Source: an uncultured Chitinophagales bacterium (GTDB taxonomy: Bacteria; Bacteroidota; Bacteroidia; Chitinophagales; S012-47). Taken from it: DNA of 64,000 nt. Positions 54,262 through 64,000 of this stretch are shown piece by piece; the stretch's first letter is position 1; each line of letters begins with the position of its first letter. The position numbers were made by a program, and so were the translations under genes. The notes beneath the pieces are model-generated. The model was not told where the DNA came from. It ran no database searches and worked only from the letters and a program-made list of their open reading frames with translations. The stretch is taken from contig CAYRDC010000002.1 in assembly GCA_964422925.1 (NCBI GenBank), forward strand, positions 68,991-132,990. Direction: 5' to 3'.

Positions 54262-55617
54262 TCAGTTTGAGGTCACAAAGTTAGCGATTTCATCTATGGC
54301 AAGACCGCCAAAATTGCCGGAGCTCATCAACAGGAGGTTATGCTCCTGCCAGTCAAGGTTTTGCAAATAGTAGCGCAAGGCCTCTGCGTCATCGAATACC
54401 TGCAGCTCATCATACCCGAAGGCCGAACGGATATCCGCTGGGGAAAGGCTTAACTTTTTCAGCGATAACGCGTGCGGGTTGTAATAGACGATCCGGTGGG
54501 TGGCGCCTTTCATAATACCTTTATACTGTGGCAGGAAGTCTTTGTTCAGGCTGCTGTAAGTATGCAGTTCCAGTACTGCGGTGAGCTTTCTGTCCGGATA
54601 TTTTTCTTTTACGGCTGCTATGGTAGCTTTTACCTTGGAAGGAGCATGCGCGAAATCCAGGTACACCGCTGCGTTGTCGTTTTCGGCCAGGGTTTCCAGC
54701 CTTTTACCGGCTCCCGGAAAATCCGACAACGCGGTTAAAAATGCTTCCGGATGGATGCCCAGTTTCCCGGCCAGGGCCAGGGCCGCGCCCAGGTTTTCCA
54801 TATTGTGCCTCCCGAAAACATGCATGGGAAAAGCTTTGCCGTGGTATGGCACCACGAATTGTCCGTTCACCACCTGGTAGTTCAGGGGGCCGTAGGGGAT
54901 ACGGTTCAGATGCCGGGCTTCTTCTGCCAGCCGGGCCACTTCCGGGTCGGATTTGTTGTATACCAGGTATCCTCCGGGTTCGCATCGGGTGAGAAAATCC
55001 CGGAAGGCCTGCAGATAGTTTTCAAAGGTCGGAAAGACATTGTAATGGTCCCACGCAATGCCGGTCAGGACGATATAGCGGGGTTTGTAATGCAAAAATT
55101 TAGGGCGCGGATCAAGCGGGGAGCTCAGGTATTCGTCACCTTCGAAGACAGCCAACCAGGCTTCCGGGTGGAACATTACCTGCAGGTCAAAACCCCGGAT
55201 GGCTGACCCGACCAGGTAGCTCACAGGTATACCCTCCGCGCGCAGACCGTACAGCAACATCGCGGTAATGGTTGTTTTCCCATGGCTGCCGGCAATCACC
55301 GCCCTGGGGATGTCCCGGGTTTCGCGGTACACGAATTCAGGAAAACTGTACACCGGAATGCCCAGCCTGAGCGCCCTGGCCAGCTCCGGATTGTCTTTTC
55401 GCGCGTGCATGCCCAGAATGACGGCATCCAGTGATTTCGTAACTTTTCCGGGGTACCAGCCCGTATGAGGGGGCAGCAAACCTTCACTTTGCAGGTTTTT
55501 CCGGGCCGGATTGAAAATTTCATCGTCAGACCCGGTAACAACGTAACCCTGCTTTTTCAATGCGATGGCCAGGTTGTGCATAACGGATCCGCCTATGGCA
55601 ATAAAATGAATGCGCAT
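54262..55617 (-). CDS. mpl: UDP-N-acetylmuramate:L-alanyl-gamma-D-glutamyl-meso-diaminopimelate ligase
   Basis: From the ATG at 55617: MRIHFIAIGGSVMHNLAIALKKQGYVVTGSD...AGSHGKTTIT (Mur ligase P-loop). Confidence 0.88.
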   Translation of the reverse strand: MRIHFIAIGGSVMHNLAIALKKQGYVVTGSDDEIFNPARKNLQSEGLLPPHTGWYPGKVTKSLDAVILGMHARKDNPELARALRLGIPVYSFPEFVYRETRDIPRAVIAGSHGKTTITAMLLYGLRAEGIPVSYLVGSAIRGFDLQVMFHPEAWLAVFEGDEYLSSPLDPRPKFLHYKPRYIVLTGIAWDHYNVFPTFENYLQAFRDFLTRCEPGGYLVYNKSDPEVARLAEEARHLNRIPYGPLNYQVVNGQFVVPYHGKAFPMHVFGRHNMENLGAALALAGKLGIHPEAFLTALSDFPGAGKRLETLAENDNAAVYLDFAHAPSKVKATIAAVKEKYPDRKLTAVLELHTYSSLNKDFLPQYKGIMKGATHRIVYYNPHALSLKKLSLSPADIRSAFGYDELQVFDDAEALRYYLQNLDWQEHNLLLMSSGNFGGLAIDEIANFVTSN

Positions 55618-55684
55618 ACAGTTATAATTCAAAATTTGGAGTAAATTTGTGAATTCAGATTCTATTATGAAGCCTCAATCTGCT

Positions 55685-55831
55685 ATGAAAAAACGCGTCA
55701 AGAAAGCCCTGGGATTACTGGCTGTTATGGTATTGCTTACCGGATTGTTTTCTTCCTGTAAATCACAAGACCAATACGGTTGTCCCGGTAAAATTACCAA
55801 AGCCCGGCCTGCCGCAGAGCACAGCATTTAA
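55685..55831 (+). CDS. Possible small lipoprotein (48 aa)
   Basis: MKKRVKKALGLLAVMVLLTGLFSSCKSQ is a signal peptide plus lipobox Cys. No family was recognised. Confidence 0.35.
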   Translation: MKKRVKKALGLLAVMVLLTGLFSSCKSQDQYGCPGKITKARPAAEHSI

Positions 55832-55848
55832 CATTTTGCCTTTGGTTT

Positions 55849-56256
55849 TCATCCCTTCCAGATGAAACGGATCTCCTGTTTGATATCCGGGTGAAGGCTT
55901 TTGGCTACCGGGCAATTCAAAGCTGCCTGTTCCAGTATTTTCTTTTCTTTTTCATTGGTGACATTACGCATATGAACATGGATGCGAATGGTGGAAATTC
56001 GCCTGGGGTTGGAAACCATGATTTTTTCCACCTCTGCGTAAGACTCACGGATATCCAGGTTCATATCCCTGGCCTTGATGCCCATAATGGTCAGTAAACA
56101 GCAGGCCAGGGAAGTAGCAGCCAGGTCCGTTGGTGAAAAGTTTTCCCCCTTACCCCGGTTATCCGGTGGCGCATCGGTTTCAATCCGGGTGCCTGAACGG
56201 GAATGAATGGCGGAAGTATGCAAATCTCCCGTGTAGGTTACAATGGATATTGGCAT
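55849..56256 (-). CDS. OsmC-family protein
   Basis: 135 aa. ...FSPTDLAATSLACCLLT... and ...ALNCPV... give the paired-Cys OsmC/Ohr pattern. Confidence 0.85.
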   Translation of the reverse strand: MPISIVTYTGDLHTSAIHSRSGTRIETDAPPDNRGKGENFSPTDLAATSLACCLLTIMGIKARDMNLDIRESYAEVEKIMVSNPRRISTIRIHVHMRNVTNEKEKKILEQAALNCPVAKSLHPDIKQEIRFIWKG

Positions 56257-56379
56257 CTCGCAATGGTTTTTGACAATGGTAAAAAATCTTTTTTCAAGGA
56301 TTTGCGTTTTACGGTTTAAGCATACATGCTTTGCTGCCTGAAATAAAAATAGTATTTTAACCTTTTGTAAAAAACCGTT

Positions 56380-57165
56380 GTGACAACAAGGAATTTGATA
56401 AAAGCCATATTTACCATTCCGGTTCTGCTGTCATTTCTGAACCTGCCGGCTCAAAGCACTGATAAAAACAGCAATACCGTCAGCTTGATTTATACCCATG
56501 AAATCAGTTTCGGGGCATCGCTGAACACTTCCGGTCTTTCGGTTTTTGTCAATAAAACCAAGACCCTTAACATGAACACCAAACGGTTTTACCAAATCGA
56601 GCTGGCCGGTCTGAATCATCCCAAGGAATACAAGCAGCGAAATGACTACGTAATCGGCCCTAACGGTTATACACCAAAACCTTTTGTTTTCGGTAAAAAA
56701 AATTCATTCCTGGCCCTGCATGCCGGCCTGGGTAAAAAGATTTTGCTGGGCGATAAAGCTGAAAAAAGCGGGGTGGAGGTCAATTGGGTTTACATGTACG
56801 GCATTTCTCTTGGCTTGCTGAAGCCGTATTACCTCGATTTGATTTACCCGGTGGACGGCATCCGGTTTGAAATCCGGACGGAGAAGTATTCTGCTGGCAA
56901 CGCCCAGCGTTTTTTAAACCCGCAATATATCTTCGGCTCCTCGGGTTTCGCCCCTGGCCTGAGGGAAATCAAGCTGATTCCGGGCATTCATGCCAAGACG
57001 GGCCTCAATTTTGACTGGGCCAGTTATAACGACTTTGTCAAATCGCTGGAAATAGGTGTTACCGCTGATGTGTATTACAGGAAAATTCCCATTATGATCC
57101 TCGAAGACAACAGGCCCTATTTCCTTGCCATGTATTTGAGCCTGCAGTTCGGTAAAAAATGGTAA
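56380..57165 (+). CDS. Hypothetical outer-membrane-type protein
   Basis: 261 aa with a GTG start, a signal peptide and beta-strand-rich sequence ending in an aromatic residue (...LQFGKKW). Confidence 0.45.
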   Translation: MTTRNLIKAIFTIPVLLSFLNLPAQSTDKNSNTVSLIYTHEISFGASLNTSGLSVFVNKTKTLNMNTKRFYQIELAGLNHPKEYKQRNDYVIGPNGYTPKPFVFGKKNSFLALHAGLGKKILLGDKAEKSGVEVNWVYMYGISLGLLKPYYLDLIYPVDGIRFEIRTEKYSAGNAQRFLNPQYIFGSSGFAPGLREIKLIPGIHAKTGLNFDWASYNDFVKSLEIGVTADVYYRKIPIMILEDNRPYFLAMYLSLQFGKKW

Positions 57166-57187
57166 GTTAGCGCAAATTTTACAGCAG

Positions 57188-58057
57188 ATGCCCGTCCCGT
57201 CAACTCCGCGTACCGGAAGAAAACCTAAACCGGACTGGTTGCGTGTTAAACTGCCCACCGGAAAGAACTACCGTAATGTACGGCAAATCGTAGATGCTCA
57301 TAAGCTGCATACCATTTGCCAAAGCGGCAATTGCCCGAATATGGGGGAATGCTGGGGAGCCGGAACCGCTACCTTTATGATTCTGGGAAATATATGTACC
57401 CGGTCCTGTTCTTTTTGTGCCGTGGCCACTGGCCGGCCGCAGCCGCCCGACTGGGATGAACCGCACAGGGTGGCCGAGGCCATTCGTCTGATGAAAGTGA
57501 AGCATGCAGTGCTCACATCTGTCGACCGGGATGACCTAAAGGATGGCGGCTCCACCATTTGGGCCATGACGGTGGAGGCGATCCGTGAGATAAACCCGGG
57601 TACCACCCTGGAAACCCTGATCCCCGATTTCAAGGGAAACCGGGATAACCTGCAACGGGTGCTGGATACCCGGCCGGAAGTGGTTTCCCACAATATAGAA
57701 ACCGTCAGGCGGCTAACCCGCCTGATCCGCCCGCAGGCTAAATATGAAAGAAGCCTGGAAGTGCTTTCCTTTATAAAAACCAATGGATTAACCACCAAAT
57801 CGGGCATTATGCTCGGGCTCGGAGAAACCGAAAATGAGATTCTGGAAACTATGAAAGACCTGGCAGAGGCCGGTGTGGATGTGCTGACTATCGGGCAATA
57901 CCTTCAACCCACGCGGATCCACGCGGAAGTAATGGAATTTATCACCCCGGAGCAATTCTATTACTACCGGGAAGCCGGCCTGGAAATGGGATTCCGGATC
58001 GTGGAAAGCTCACCGCTTGTGCGTTCTTCTTACCATGCCGAGAAACACGTATTGTAA
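57188..58057 (+). CDS. lipA: Lipoyl synthase
   Basis: [13 protein letters not shown] (auxiliary cluster) and [10 protein letters not shown] (radical-SAM CxxxCxxC). Confidence 0.95.
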   Translation: MPVPSTPRTGRKPKPDWLRVKLPTGKNYRNVRQIVDAHKLHTICQSGNCPNMGECWGAGTATFMILGNICTRSCSFCAVATGRPQPPDWDEPHRVAEAIRLMKVKHAVLTSVDRDDLKDGGSTIWAMTVEAIREINPGTTLETLIPDFKGNRDNLQRVLDTRPEVVSHNIETVRRLTRLIRPQAKYERSLEVLSFIKTNGLTTKSGIMLGLGETENEILETMKDLAEAGVDVLTIGQYLQPTRIHAEVMEFITPEQFYYYREAGLEMGFRIVESSPLVRSSYHAEKHVL

Positions 58058-58152
58058 CAGCATTGTAAAAGATATTTCCGGCCCGGGAAGTTTATGCGAT
58101 TTTTAGTTATTTTGTTACCGATTTTTCACCCCAGTGTAAAAAGCAATTCAGG

Positions 58153-60969
58153 ATGAAGAAACCACTTACCCTTTCTGCCGGCATTACCGGTTTGTTTATG
58201 CTCGGCCTTGCGGTTGTACTTTCGGGAACCTGGAAGGTACAGCGAATGAATACATCCCTGCTGGATGTTCCCGGCATTCAGGCCATAGCGCATGAAGAAG
58301 AGGGAGGCGCTAATGAATATGCCGCCTGGCTTCATGAGATGCGGGCTGATCCCATAACCGGGGAAATTCCCCTGGCTGATGTATTGCGTGGCCGGGAAGA
58401 TGCTTACCGGCTCCTGGCCAACAGCGGCCGCAGGGGCAACCTGAACCTGCAATGGGAATTTATGGGCCCCAACAATGTCGGTGGCCGTACCCGCGCCATT
58501 TTGATTGACCGGGACAATCCGGTTACCATGTTTGCCGGTGGGGTAAGCGGAGGACTGTGGATTTCCCACAACAATGGCAACAGCTGGGAACCTTACACCG
58601 GGGACGATACCCTGGCCGGGCTGGGCGTAGTTTCCATGACACAGGCCGCCAATGGCGATATCTATGTGGGAACCGGTGAACGCCTTATCAATGCCGGAAC
58701 CACTGAAGCTTCCTGGGGTTTCCTCGGTGAAGGAATATGGAAAAGCACCGATCACGGCAATACCTTTGTGCACCTGGCGGCTACCAAACCTTCAGGTAAT
58801 CATAACTCCAGTTCCATAGATTGGACCACTGTCAACGTTCTGGCGGCCCATCCGACCAATCCGGATGTGATCCTGGCCGGAACCTACCGGGGGGTTTACC
58901 GCACGACCGATGGCGGGGCTACCTGGTCAAAAATGGGGTCCGGTGCCATGCTGGTGGGCAATATCCAGGATATTAAAATTGCCAGTGACGGAACTACCTA
59001 TGTCTGCGCGGGCAGCAGTTATTACCGCGGCAACGTGGACGATCCGTCCAGCTTCGAAAGCCGGATGTCGAAAGGCGGTTTTCCTTCTTCCGGGCTGCGC
59101 AGGATTATGTTTGCCCCGGCTCCCTCTGACCCGGCTTATGTGTATTGTATAGCCTGCGACAATGCCGGTCAGACGGTAGCCCTCCTGCAATCCACTGATG
59201 GCGGGTTGAACTGGACTTCCATTGCCCCCACTTCTTTGCCTTCCAATTTCTTTAATCCATCCGGAAACCAGGGTTGGTATGATCTGGAAATTGCCGTCAA
59301 CCCGGACGATAAGGAAAGAGTATATGTAGGAGGCCAGTTATCCATTTACGAATGGACCGCTACCGATGGTTGGTATCCGATTTCCAACTGGTTTTCATCA
59401 CCGGCCAGCGATCCGCAGTATATCCATGCCGACCATCACGAAATCGTATTTCATCCAAACAATGGCAACATAATGTACCTGGGGACGGATGGCGGTATTT
59501 TCAGAACCCAAAACGCTAAAGCCAATTATCCGAACCTGCCGGTTTTCCAGCAATTGAACAAAGGATACGGGGTCACCCAGTTCTATTCAATCTCTGCCGG
59601 ACTTGATGGTACGGTAATGGGCGGGTCGCAGGATAACGGAACCATTTACGTGGATTTCAGCGGCAACACCTTACAGCAGGGCCGTCATGTCGGTGGCGGT
59701 GACGGTGGATTTACCGATATTTCCAAAACCAATCCCGATGCATTGTTCTTTGCTTCCCAGGAAGGGAGTTTAAGGCGTTCCTCGAACAGTGGACACAGCA
59801 GTAATGCTTATTACGACAGCCATATTGACGATCCGCAGGACAATGATTTTGCTCCGGATTGCGGGGCCCCGTTCATTACGCCTTTCCGGCTTTGGGAACA
59901 AACCGATACTTCCAGTTCCGAATATGGAACAGGAATTATGTATCTGGCCACCTATTGCGGGCTCTGGGCCGCGGTTGACGCGCTCAATTTCGGGGATAAC
60001 CCCACGTGGTTCCAGATTGCCAAAAATGCCAATGGCCTGACCGGCATCATATCCTATATTGAAGTGACTCCTGATGGAGATATCGTATATGCCGGAACAA
60101 AAAACGGTTATCTGTACCGGATTGATGGTTTATCAGGTGTTACCTGGGAATACAATGATAACGGCACCCCGGCTGATCCTTCGGATGATTTCTTTGATCC
60201 GGACAGTGCCGGCATCCACGTTACGCGGATTGCTTCCTTCGGGCGGTACATAACCTGCATTGCAGCCGATAAATCCGATCCGAACCATGTAGTGGTAAGC
60301 CTTGGAAATTACGGTACTTCCAACTTTATTTACCGGTCAACCACCGCGGCTACCGATTCAACGGCCAACGGAACCGGGAGCTTTACCAGTATCCAGGGCA
60401 GCGGGTCGAATGCCCTGCCGCGGATGCCGGTGTATAGCTGCCTGATTGATAAATATTCCGGGGCCATCCTGGCAGGAACCGAACTGGGCATTTACTCAAC
60501 GACCAACAACGGAACCAGCTGGGCGCCCGAAAGCGCGGGGATGCCCTTCGCTGCTACCTTCCAGCTCCGCGAAGAAATGATCGAAAAGCTGGACGGCTCC
60601 TGTTACGTGATTTACGCGGGCACCCACGGAAGGGGCTTCTACCGCACCACCACCCTGACCCCGGCTTCGTGCAACACAGCCGTGGGCATTGCGGACAACC
60701 CAGTAATCCGGCTGCAAAACCTGGCCATTTACCCGAACCCCGTCCAGGATATGGCCTATATTGATATCACACTCGATAAACCGGGTTCCGCGCAACTGCT
60801 GGTTTTTGACCTGCAGGGGAAGAAAGTGCTGCACAAAGATCTGGGATACCTGGACAGCGGTACCAATAATACCCTGTTTTCAGTCAGCAACCTCGCCAAT
60901 GGGACCTATATCCTGCTGGTTCGGATGGAAGATTACCAGAAGAGCCTTAAATTTGTGGTGCAGCGGTAA
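58153..60969 (+). CDS. BNR/Asp-box repeat protein with T9SS C-terminal sorting domain
   Basis: 938 aa. It has multiple SxDxGxTW-type boxes (SHNNGNSWEP, TTDGGATWSK, STDGGLNWTS, TTNNGTSWAP). The C-terminus is IYPNPVQDMAYIDI...GTYILLV. Confidence 0.75.
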   Translation: MKKPLTLSAGITGLFMLGLAVVLSGTWKVQRMNTSLLDVPGIQAIAHEEEGGANEYAAWLHEMRADPITGEIPLADVLRGREDAYRLLANSGRRGNLNLQWEFMGPNNVGGRTRAILIDRDNPVTMFAGGVSGGLWISHNNGNSWEPYTGDDTLAGLGVVSMTQAANGDIYVGTGERLINAGTTEASWGFLGEGIWKSTDHGNTFVHLAATKPSGNHNSSSIDWTTVNVLAAHPTNPDVILAGTYRGVYRTTDGGATWSKMGSGAMLVGNIQDIKIASDGTTYVCAGSSYYRGNVDDPSSFESRMSKGGFPSSGLRRIMFAPAPSDPAYVYCIACDNAGQTVALLQSTDGGLNWTSIAPTSLPSNFFNPSGNQGWYDLEIAVNPDDKERVYVGGQLSIYEWTATDGWYPISNWFSSPASDPQYIHADHHEIVFHPNNGNIMYLGTDGGIFRTQNAKANYPNLPVFQQLNKGYGVTQFYSISAGLDGTVMGGSQDNGTIYVDFSGNTLQQGRHVGGGDGGFTDISKTNPDALFFASQEGSLRRSSNSGHSSNAYYDSHIDDPQDNDFAPDCGAPFITPFRLWEQTDTSSSEYGTGIMYLATYCGLWAAVDALNFGDNPTWFQIAKNANGLTGIISYIEVTPDGDIVYAGTKNGYLYRIDGLSGVTWEYNDNGTPADPSDDFFDPDSAGIHVTRIASFGRYITCIAADKSDPNHVVVSLGNYGTSNFIYRSTTAATDSTANGTGSFTSIQGSGSNALPRMPVYSCLIDKYSGAILAGTELGIYSTTNNGTSWAPESAGMPFAATFQLREEMIEKLDGSCYVIYAGTHGRGFYRTTTLTPASCNTAVGIADNPVIRLQNLAIYPNPVQDMAYIDITLDKPGSAQLLVFDLQGKKVLHKDLGYLDSGTNNTLFSVSNLANGTYILLVRMEDYQKSLKFVVQR

Positions 60970-60999
60970 TGGCTTACCGGGATAAGCAAATGATAACGG

Positions 61000-61027
61000 C
61001 CCCGCACTGAAGCGGGGCTTTTTTTAC
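61000..61027 (+). terminator. Rho-independent terminator
   Basis: GCCCCGC-actgaa-GCGGGGC is followed by TTTTTTT, 30 nt after the stop at 60969. Confidence 0.78.
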
Positions 61028-61547
61028 CCGGTATTAAAGCTTGTCGTCAATCCTCCGCCTTTGGCGGACAGGTGGGGCTGATCGGGGTTTTCTGTTTTGA
61101 AGAATGAGGCGTGAAGAATTGATACGGGCGGAGACTAAACCTGTTTTTTTTTGTAGTCCTGGTCCGTAGTTCCCTGGACGTGTCAAAGGCAAGCATTGAA
61201 GGGCCGAAGTTGAAAACTTCCGGATAGCAGGGGTTCAGCCTTCGTTCTGCAGTGAGCAGGACTCCGGCTGATGAAACTGGTTTATGTTTAGCGAAGCGTA
61301 ACTTAAACCTAAGTATAAAAAATTATTGTACATAACGATTGCGGTATGTTGTCAGGCATTGAGCTGGCGGGGTATGGGCGCCTGAGAAGTATTTTTCCCC
61401 CGCTAGCATCTGCTAAACCTGCAAGGGTTCCATAACCTTGCAGGCTTGCTTCCAAAGTTACCGGCCGGGAATGCGGCTGAGGCCGGATCTTTTTATGGCT
61501 TATTTCTCTCGTCTGCCGAAGCTTCAGCGAAGGCAGACTTTTCCGCG

Positions 61548-61570
61548 GCTTAAGTTGCAAACTTAAGCCA
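61548..61570. repeat. Palindromic unit GGCTTAAGTT-gca-AACTTAAGCC (copy 1)
   Basis: The hairpin has perfect 10-bp arms. Related copies lie at 61853-61879, with half-copies at 61301-61315 and 62047-62056. Confidence 0.55.
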
Positions 61571-61852
61571 GAGTGAGGCAACGGCAAGGGGCGGGAATTA
61601 GCCGTCCAACTTTTTCAGCAGTCGGGTTACCCGTTTGCTGAATAACAGCAAATACCTGTTTTCATTTCAAGGGTCAACCACGAAGACCAACAAAACTCAC
61701 CCACTATGCCGAAAGCATCAAACATTTGTAGCCAATGCCGTTCAAAGTAAAACACGACACCGAAGGGGTTGTATGGCACCACACGGACGTGGCAGCAGGC
61801 TAAGCTGGGAGCGGGCAAGGATTCATCAAGTAGCAAACTTGATTTTACCTTC

Positions 61853-61879
61853 AGGCTTAAGTTACAAACCTAAGCCTGA
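61853..61879. repeat. Palindromic unit CAGGCTTAAGTT-aca-AACCTAAGCCTG (copy 2)
   Basis: The hairpin has 12-bp arms with one mismatch. It shares its core with copy 1. Both are preceded by GA(C)TTTT. Confidence 0.55.
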
Positions 61880-62018
61880 GGTAGTTTGTATTCTCCCCTC
61901 CTCCAGCGGAGGGGAGAAAAGATCACTGAACAGATGTTTTTCTGAAGGAGAGTGTATAATGTAAAACCCGCTGGCCATCATTTCTTTTGGGCACTGCCGC
62001 CATGAAATTCCCGGTACT

Positions 62019-62051
62019 AAAAAGCCTTCCCCCGCAAAGGAGGAAGGCTTA
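62019..62051 (-). terminator. Rho-independent terminator of the 62082..63236 gene
   Basis: On the minus strand: AAGCCTTCC-tcctttgcggg-GGAAGGCTT, followed by a T-tract (TTT). It lies 30 nt after the stop. Confidence 0.7.
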
Positions 62052-62081
62052 AGTTTTATGTAGGTATCAAGTTCCCCGAAA

Positions 62082-63236
62082 CTACCGGTTGACCACAAAG
62101 CGGTCGGCAGCCACTGAATGGCCGTCATTGATTTTCAGCATGTAAATGCCATTGGGCAGATTGCTGATGTCGATCTGATGCAGCAGGTCGGAGCCTTTGT
62201 TAAAACTTTCGCTGTAAACCACCTGGCCCTGCAGGTTGGTAATTGCTACGGTGTAATCATCCAGGTCCTGGGTGGCGATGTCAAGGTTCAACACATCGCT
62301 GGCAGGGTTCGGATACAAATCGAAGTGGATATCGCTTTTTGCTTCATCAATTCCAACTCCCTGGTAATCGATGGTCACATAGGCCCAGATGGAGAAGTTT
62401 TCATTCAGATCGTCTTCCGGATCGGTGGGGCCGTCATATTGGTTGTTATTGTTGCAATCCCTGTATAGGAAGTTGTTGCCTCCGTTGCGGGGCCACATGT
62501 TTTCCAGTGGGGCATAGTTGAAGAAATAGTAGCTTGTGGGCCAGGTAAGGCCACGGTAGGCGGAATAATTGCACTGGCCGAAGGTGCCCCCGTTAGTAAA
62601 GCCGAAAATGAAAGAGCAGGAGTCTTCTTTGGCTCCGGAATAGTCAAGCCGGATACCAAAAGCATTGGGGGGCGTGACCGTAATATTTGTTTTTAATCCG
62701 AATGCCGGAAGCATGTTGAGAGCCAAACCGGTAAAGCTCTGGTTGGCAATGAACATCGTGTCCCAGATATTGGTTTCAGTGGGATCTCCATGGGCATCCA
62801 GGGCAACTACACGGATATGCAGCGTATCGTTTTGCCCCGAATGATTTACATGTCCCATTCGCCAGAATATCGAGTCAATGGTTATGGAATTGATGGTGCT
62901 GTAATCGTAGCTCTGCAGGGTGGTGTAGTCGATAATGGTATCGAACCCTACGGCAATCCAGTCCTTGGAGAAGGTATCAGGAACTGAAGAAAAATTCACG
63001 TTCATAACATCGTAAAATACCTGATACTGCGTGCCTGAGAAATCGGATTCCAGCGCTTCATAATCGAGGTAAAAACTGGTTACGCCCCGTTTTTGTATGC
63101 TGGGCGCATGATGTTTTTCCCCGACCCATTTGGGGACAAAACGGGTTTTGCCTGAATAGGGTGCGATCGCCCCGCTTTGGGCAAAGGCTGCCCCAATAAA
63201 ACAGGAAAGGAACAGGGTAATGTAAATTTTTTTCAT
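62082..63236 (-). CDS. Secreted protein with T9SS C-terminal sorting domain
   Basis: The signal peptide is MKKIYITLFLSCFIGAAFAQ. The C-terminus is LYPNPASDVLNLDI...GIYMLKI...FVVNR. Confidence 0.7.
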   Translation of the reverse strand: MKKIYITLFLSCFIGAAFAQSGAIAPYSGKTRFVPKWVGEKHHAPSIQKRGVTSFYLDYEALESDFSGTQYQVFYDVMNVNFSSVPDTFSKDWIAVGFDTIIDYTTLQSYDYSTINSITIDSIFWRMGHVNHSGQNDTLHIRVVALDAHGDPTETNIWDTMFIANQSFTGLALNMLPAFGLKTNITVTPPNAFGIRLDYSGAKEDSCSFIFGFTNGGTFGQCNYSAYRGLTWPTSYYFFNYAPLENMWPRNGGNNFLYRDCNNNNQYDGPTDPEDDLNENFSIWAYVTIDYQGVGIDEAKSDIHFDLYPNPASDVLNLDIATQDLDDYTVAITNLQGQVVYSESFNKGSDLLHQIDISNLPNGIYMLKINDGHSVAADRFVVNR

Positions 63237-63343
63237 TGTTTAACCATTTTTTGTAACAAATGAGGTCTCAATATACCGGTTGTCAAAAATAGGTATTCAC
63301 CCGTGAATAACAAAAAAATCAGCAGAGCATTGCCGTTGATGTG

Positions 63344-63922
63344 TCATTTCTTTGACATACCCTTTTGGTAGCATATTCTGCAGCGGGGCTCGTACTTGTC
63401 CTTTTCACCCAGCAATACCTGCCCTTCTTCCAGGGTAACCCGGTAACTGTGGGTAGCCAGGTTACCACACTGCACGCAAATAGCGTGGAGCTTTGTAACG
63501 TATTCCGCTTTGGCCAGAAGAGCGGGCATAGGCCCGAAGGGATGGCCCAGGTAATCCATGTCGAGCCCGGCCACAATGATCCGGATGCCCCGCATAGCCA
63601 GGGCATCGCATACTTCCGGCAGGGCGTCATCAAAAAACTGTGCTTCATCAATACCGATCACGTCCACCTCATCAGCCAGCAACAAAATATTTTGTGAATT
63701 GGGAACCGGTGTGGACAAGATCATATTCTCATCGTGGGAAACAATATTTTCCTGGTCATACCGCGTATCAATGATGGGTTTAAAGATTTCCACTTTCTGG
63801 TTAGCCAGACGGGCTCTTTTCAGGCGCCTGATCAGTTCTTCGGTTTTTCCTGAAAACATGGACCCACAGATCACTTCAATCCATCCTCTTTTTGCACCGT
63901 TGATATGTGGTTCCAGGAACAT
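63344..63922 (-). CDS. tdk: Thymidine kinase
   Basis: [14 protein letters not shown] (P-loop), IGIDEAQFF and a C-terminal zinc ribbon C..CG...C..C. Confidence 0.93.
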   Translation of the reverse strand: MFLEPHINGAKRGWIEVICGSMFSGKTEELIRRLKRARLANQKVEIFKPIIDTRYDQENIVSHDENMILSTPVPNSQNILLLADEVDVIGIDEAQFFDDALPEVCDALAMRGIRIIVAGLDMDYLGHPFGPMPALLAKAEYVTKLHAICVQCGNLATHSYRVTLEEGQVLLGEKDKYEPRCRICYQKGMSKK

Positions 63923-64000
63923 TTTTCGTTATGATGTGGCTATATTTGTGTTTACCCGAATAAAACTTACAAATGAACATGCCAAACATCACAAATTTAG

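Noticed and set aside
61075-61088. GGGGCTGATCGGGG resembling a tmRNA 5' end
   Set aside because: There is no tRNA-like 3' end (T-arm plus CCA) and no Ala-Ala-terminated tag reading frame anywhere in the following kilobase.
1-64000. CRISPR arrays, rRNA genes, transposases and integrases
   Set aside because: I scanned for regularly spaced direct repeats and for recombinase- or transposase-like translations in the ORF track and found none.

Overview
This is a GC-rich chromosomal segment of Bacteroidota type. The lineage call rests on five CDSs with T9SS C-terminal sorting domains, the DUF4783-nadC pairing and a TAnnTTTG-type promoter box. The backbone is ordinary housekeeping: dnaE (5' part), yciH-like SUI1, nadC, gpmI, ahcY, pdxJ, gcvP, def, ruvX, polX, rpmA/rplU, dxr, rseP, mpl, lipA, tdk and tRNA-Leu(CAA). 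It also carries a putative haem-type uptake locus (AraC regulator, two HmuY-like proteins, a TonB-dependent receptor).

Between rseP (ends 39320) and a secreted hypothetical protein (starts 51189) lies an accessory island of about 11.7 kb. It is AT-richer by eye and has no integrase or transposase. It holds three modules:
- Module 1 (41288->39339, minus strand): an operon of an S24 LexA/UmuD-type peptidase, a TcmP-like protein and a DUF5131 (phage Gp37/Gp68, three-Cys) protein. TcmP is interrupted by a single in-frame TAG.
- Module 2 (41619-44060, plus strand): a translationally coupled four-gene ubiquitin-like conjugation cassette. It encodes a beta-grasp 'multiubiquitin'-type Ubl ending in a free Gly, an E2-like protein with no Cys at the canonical catalytic position, a JAB(JAMM)::E1(ThiF) fusion, and a small Cys/His protein.
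- Module 3 (50888->44017, minus strand): a type I R-M system, hsdR - GxxExxY - hsdM - DUF1016/YhcG - hsdS.

The Ubl cassette is the best candidate for a poorly characterised, probably anti-phage, system. Secondary oddities:
- Ribosomal protein L27 carries a C-terminal extension of about 115 aa (Lys/Ala/Pro-rich linker plus helix-hairpin-helix-like domain).
- A gap of about 1 kb at 61.0-62.0 kb is free of convincing ORFs, dense in hairpins, and contains a repeated CTTAAG-centred palindrome.

All calls come from reading the supplied ORF translations and the DNA by eye. No database search or numerical composition analysis was possible.
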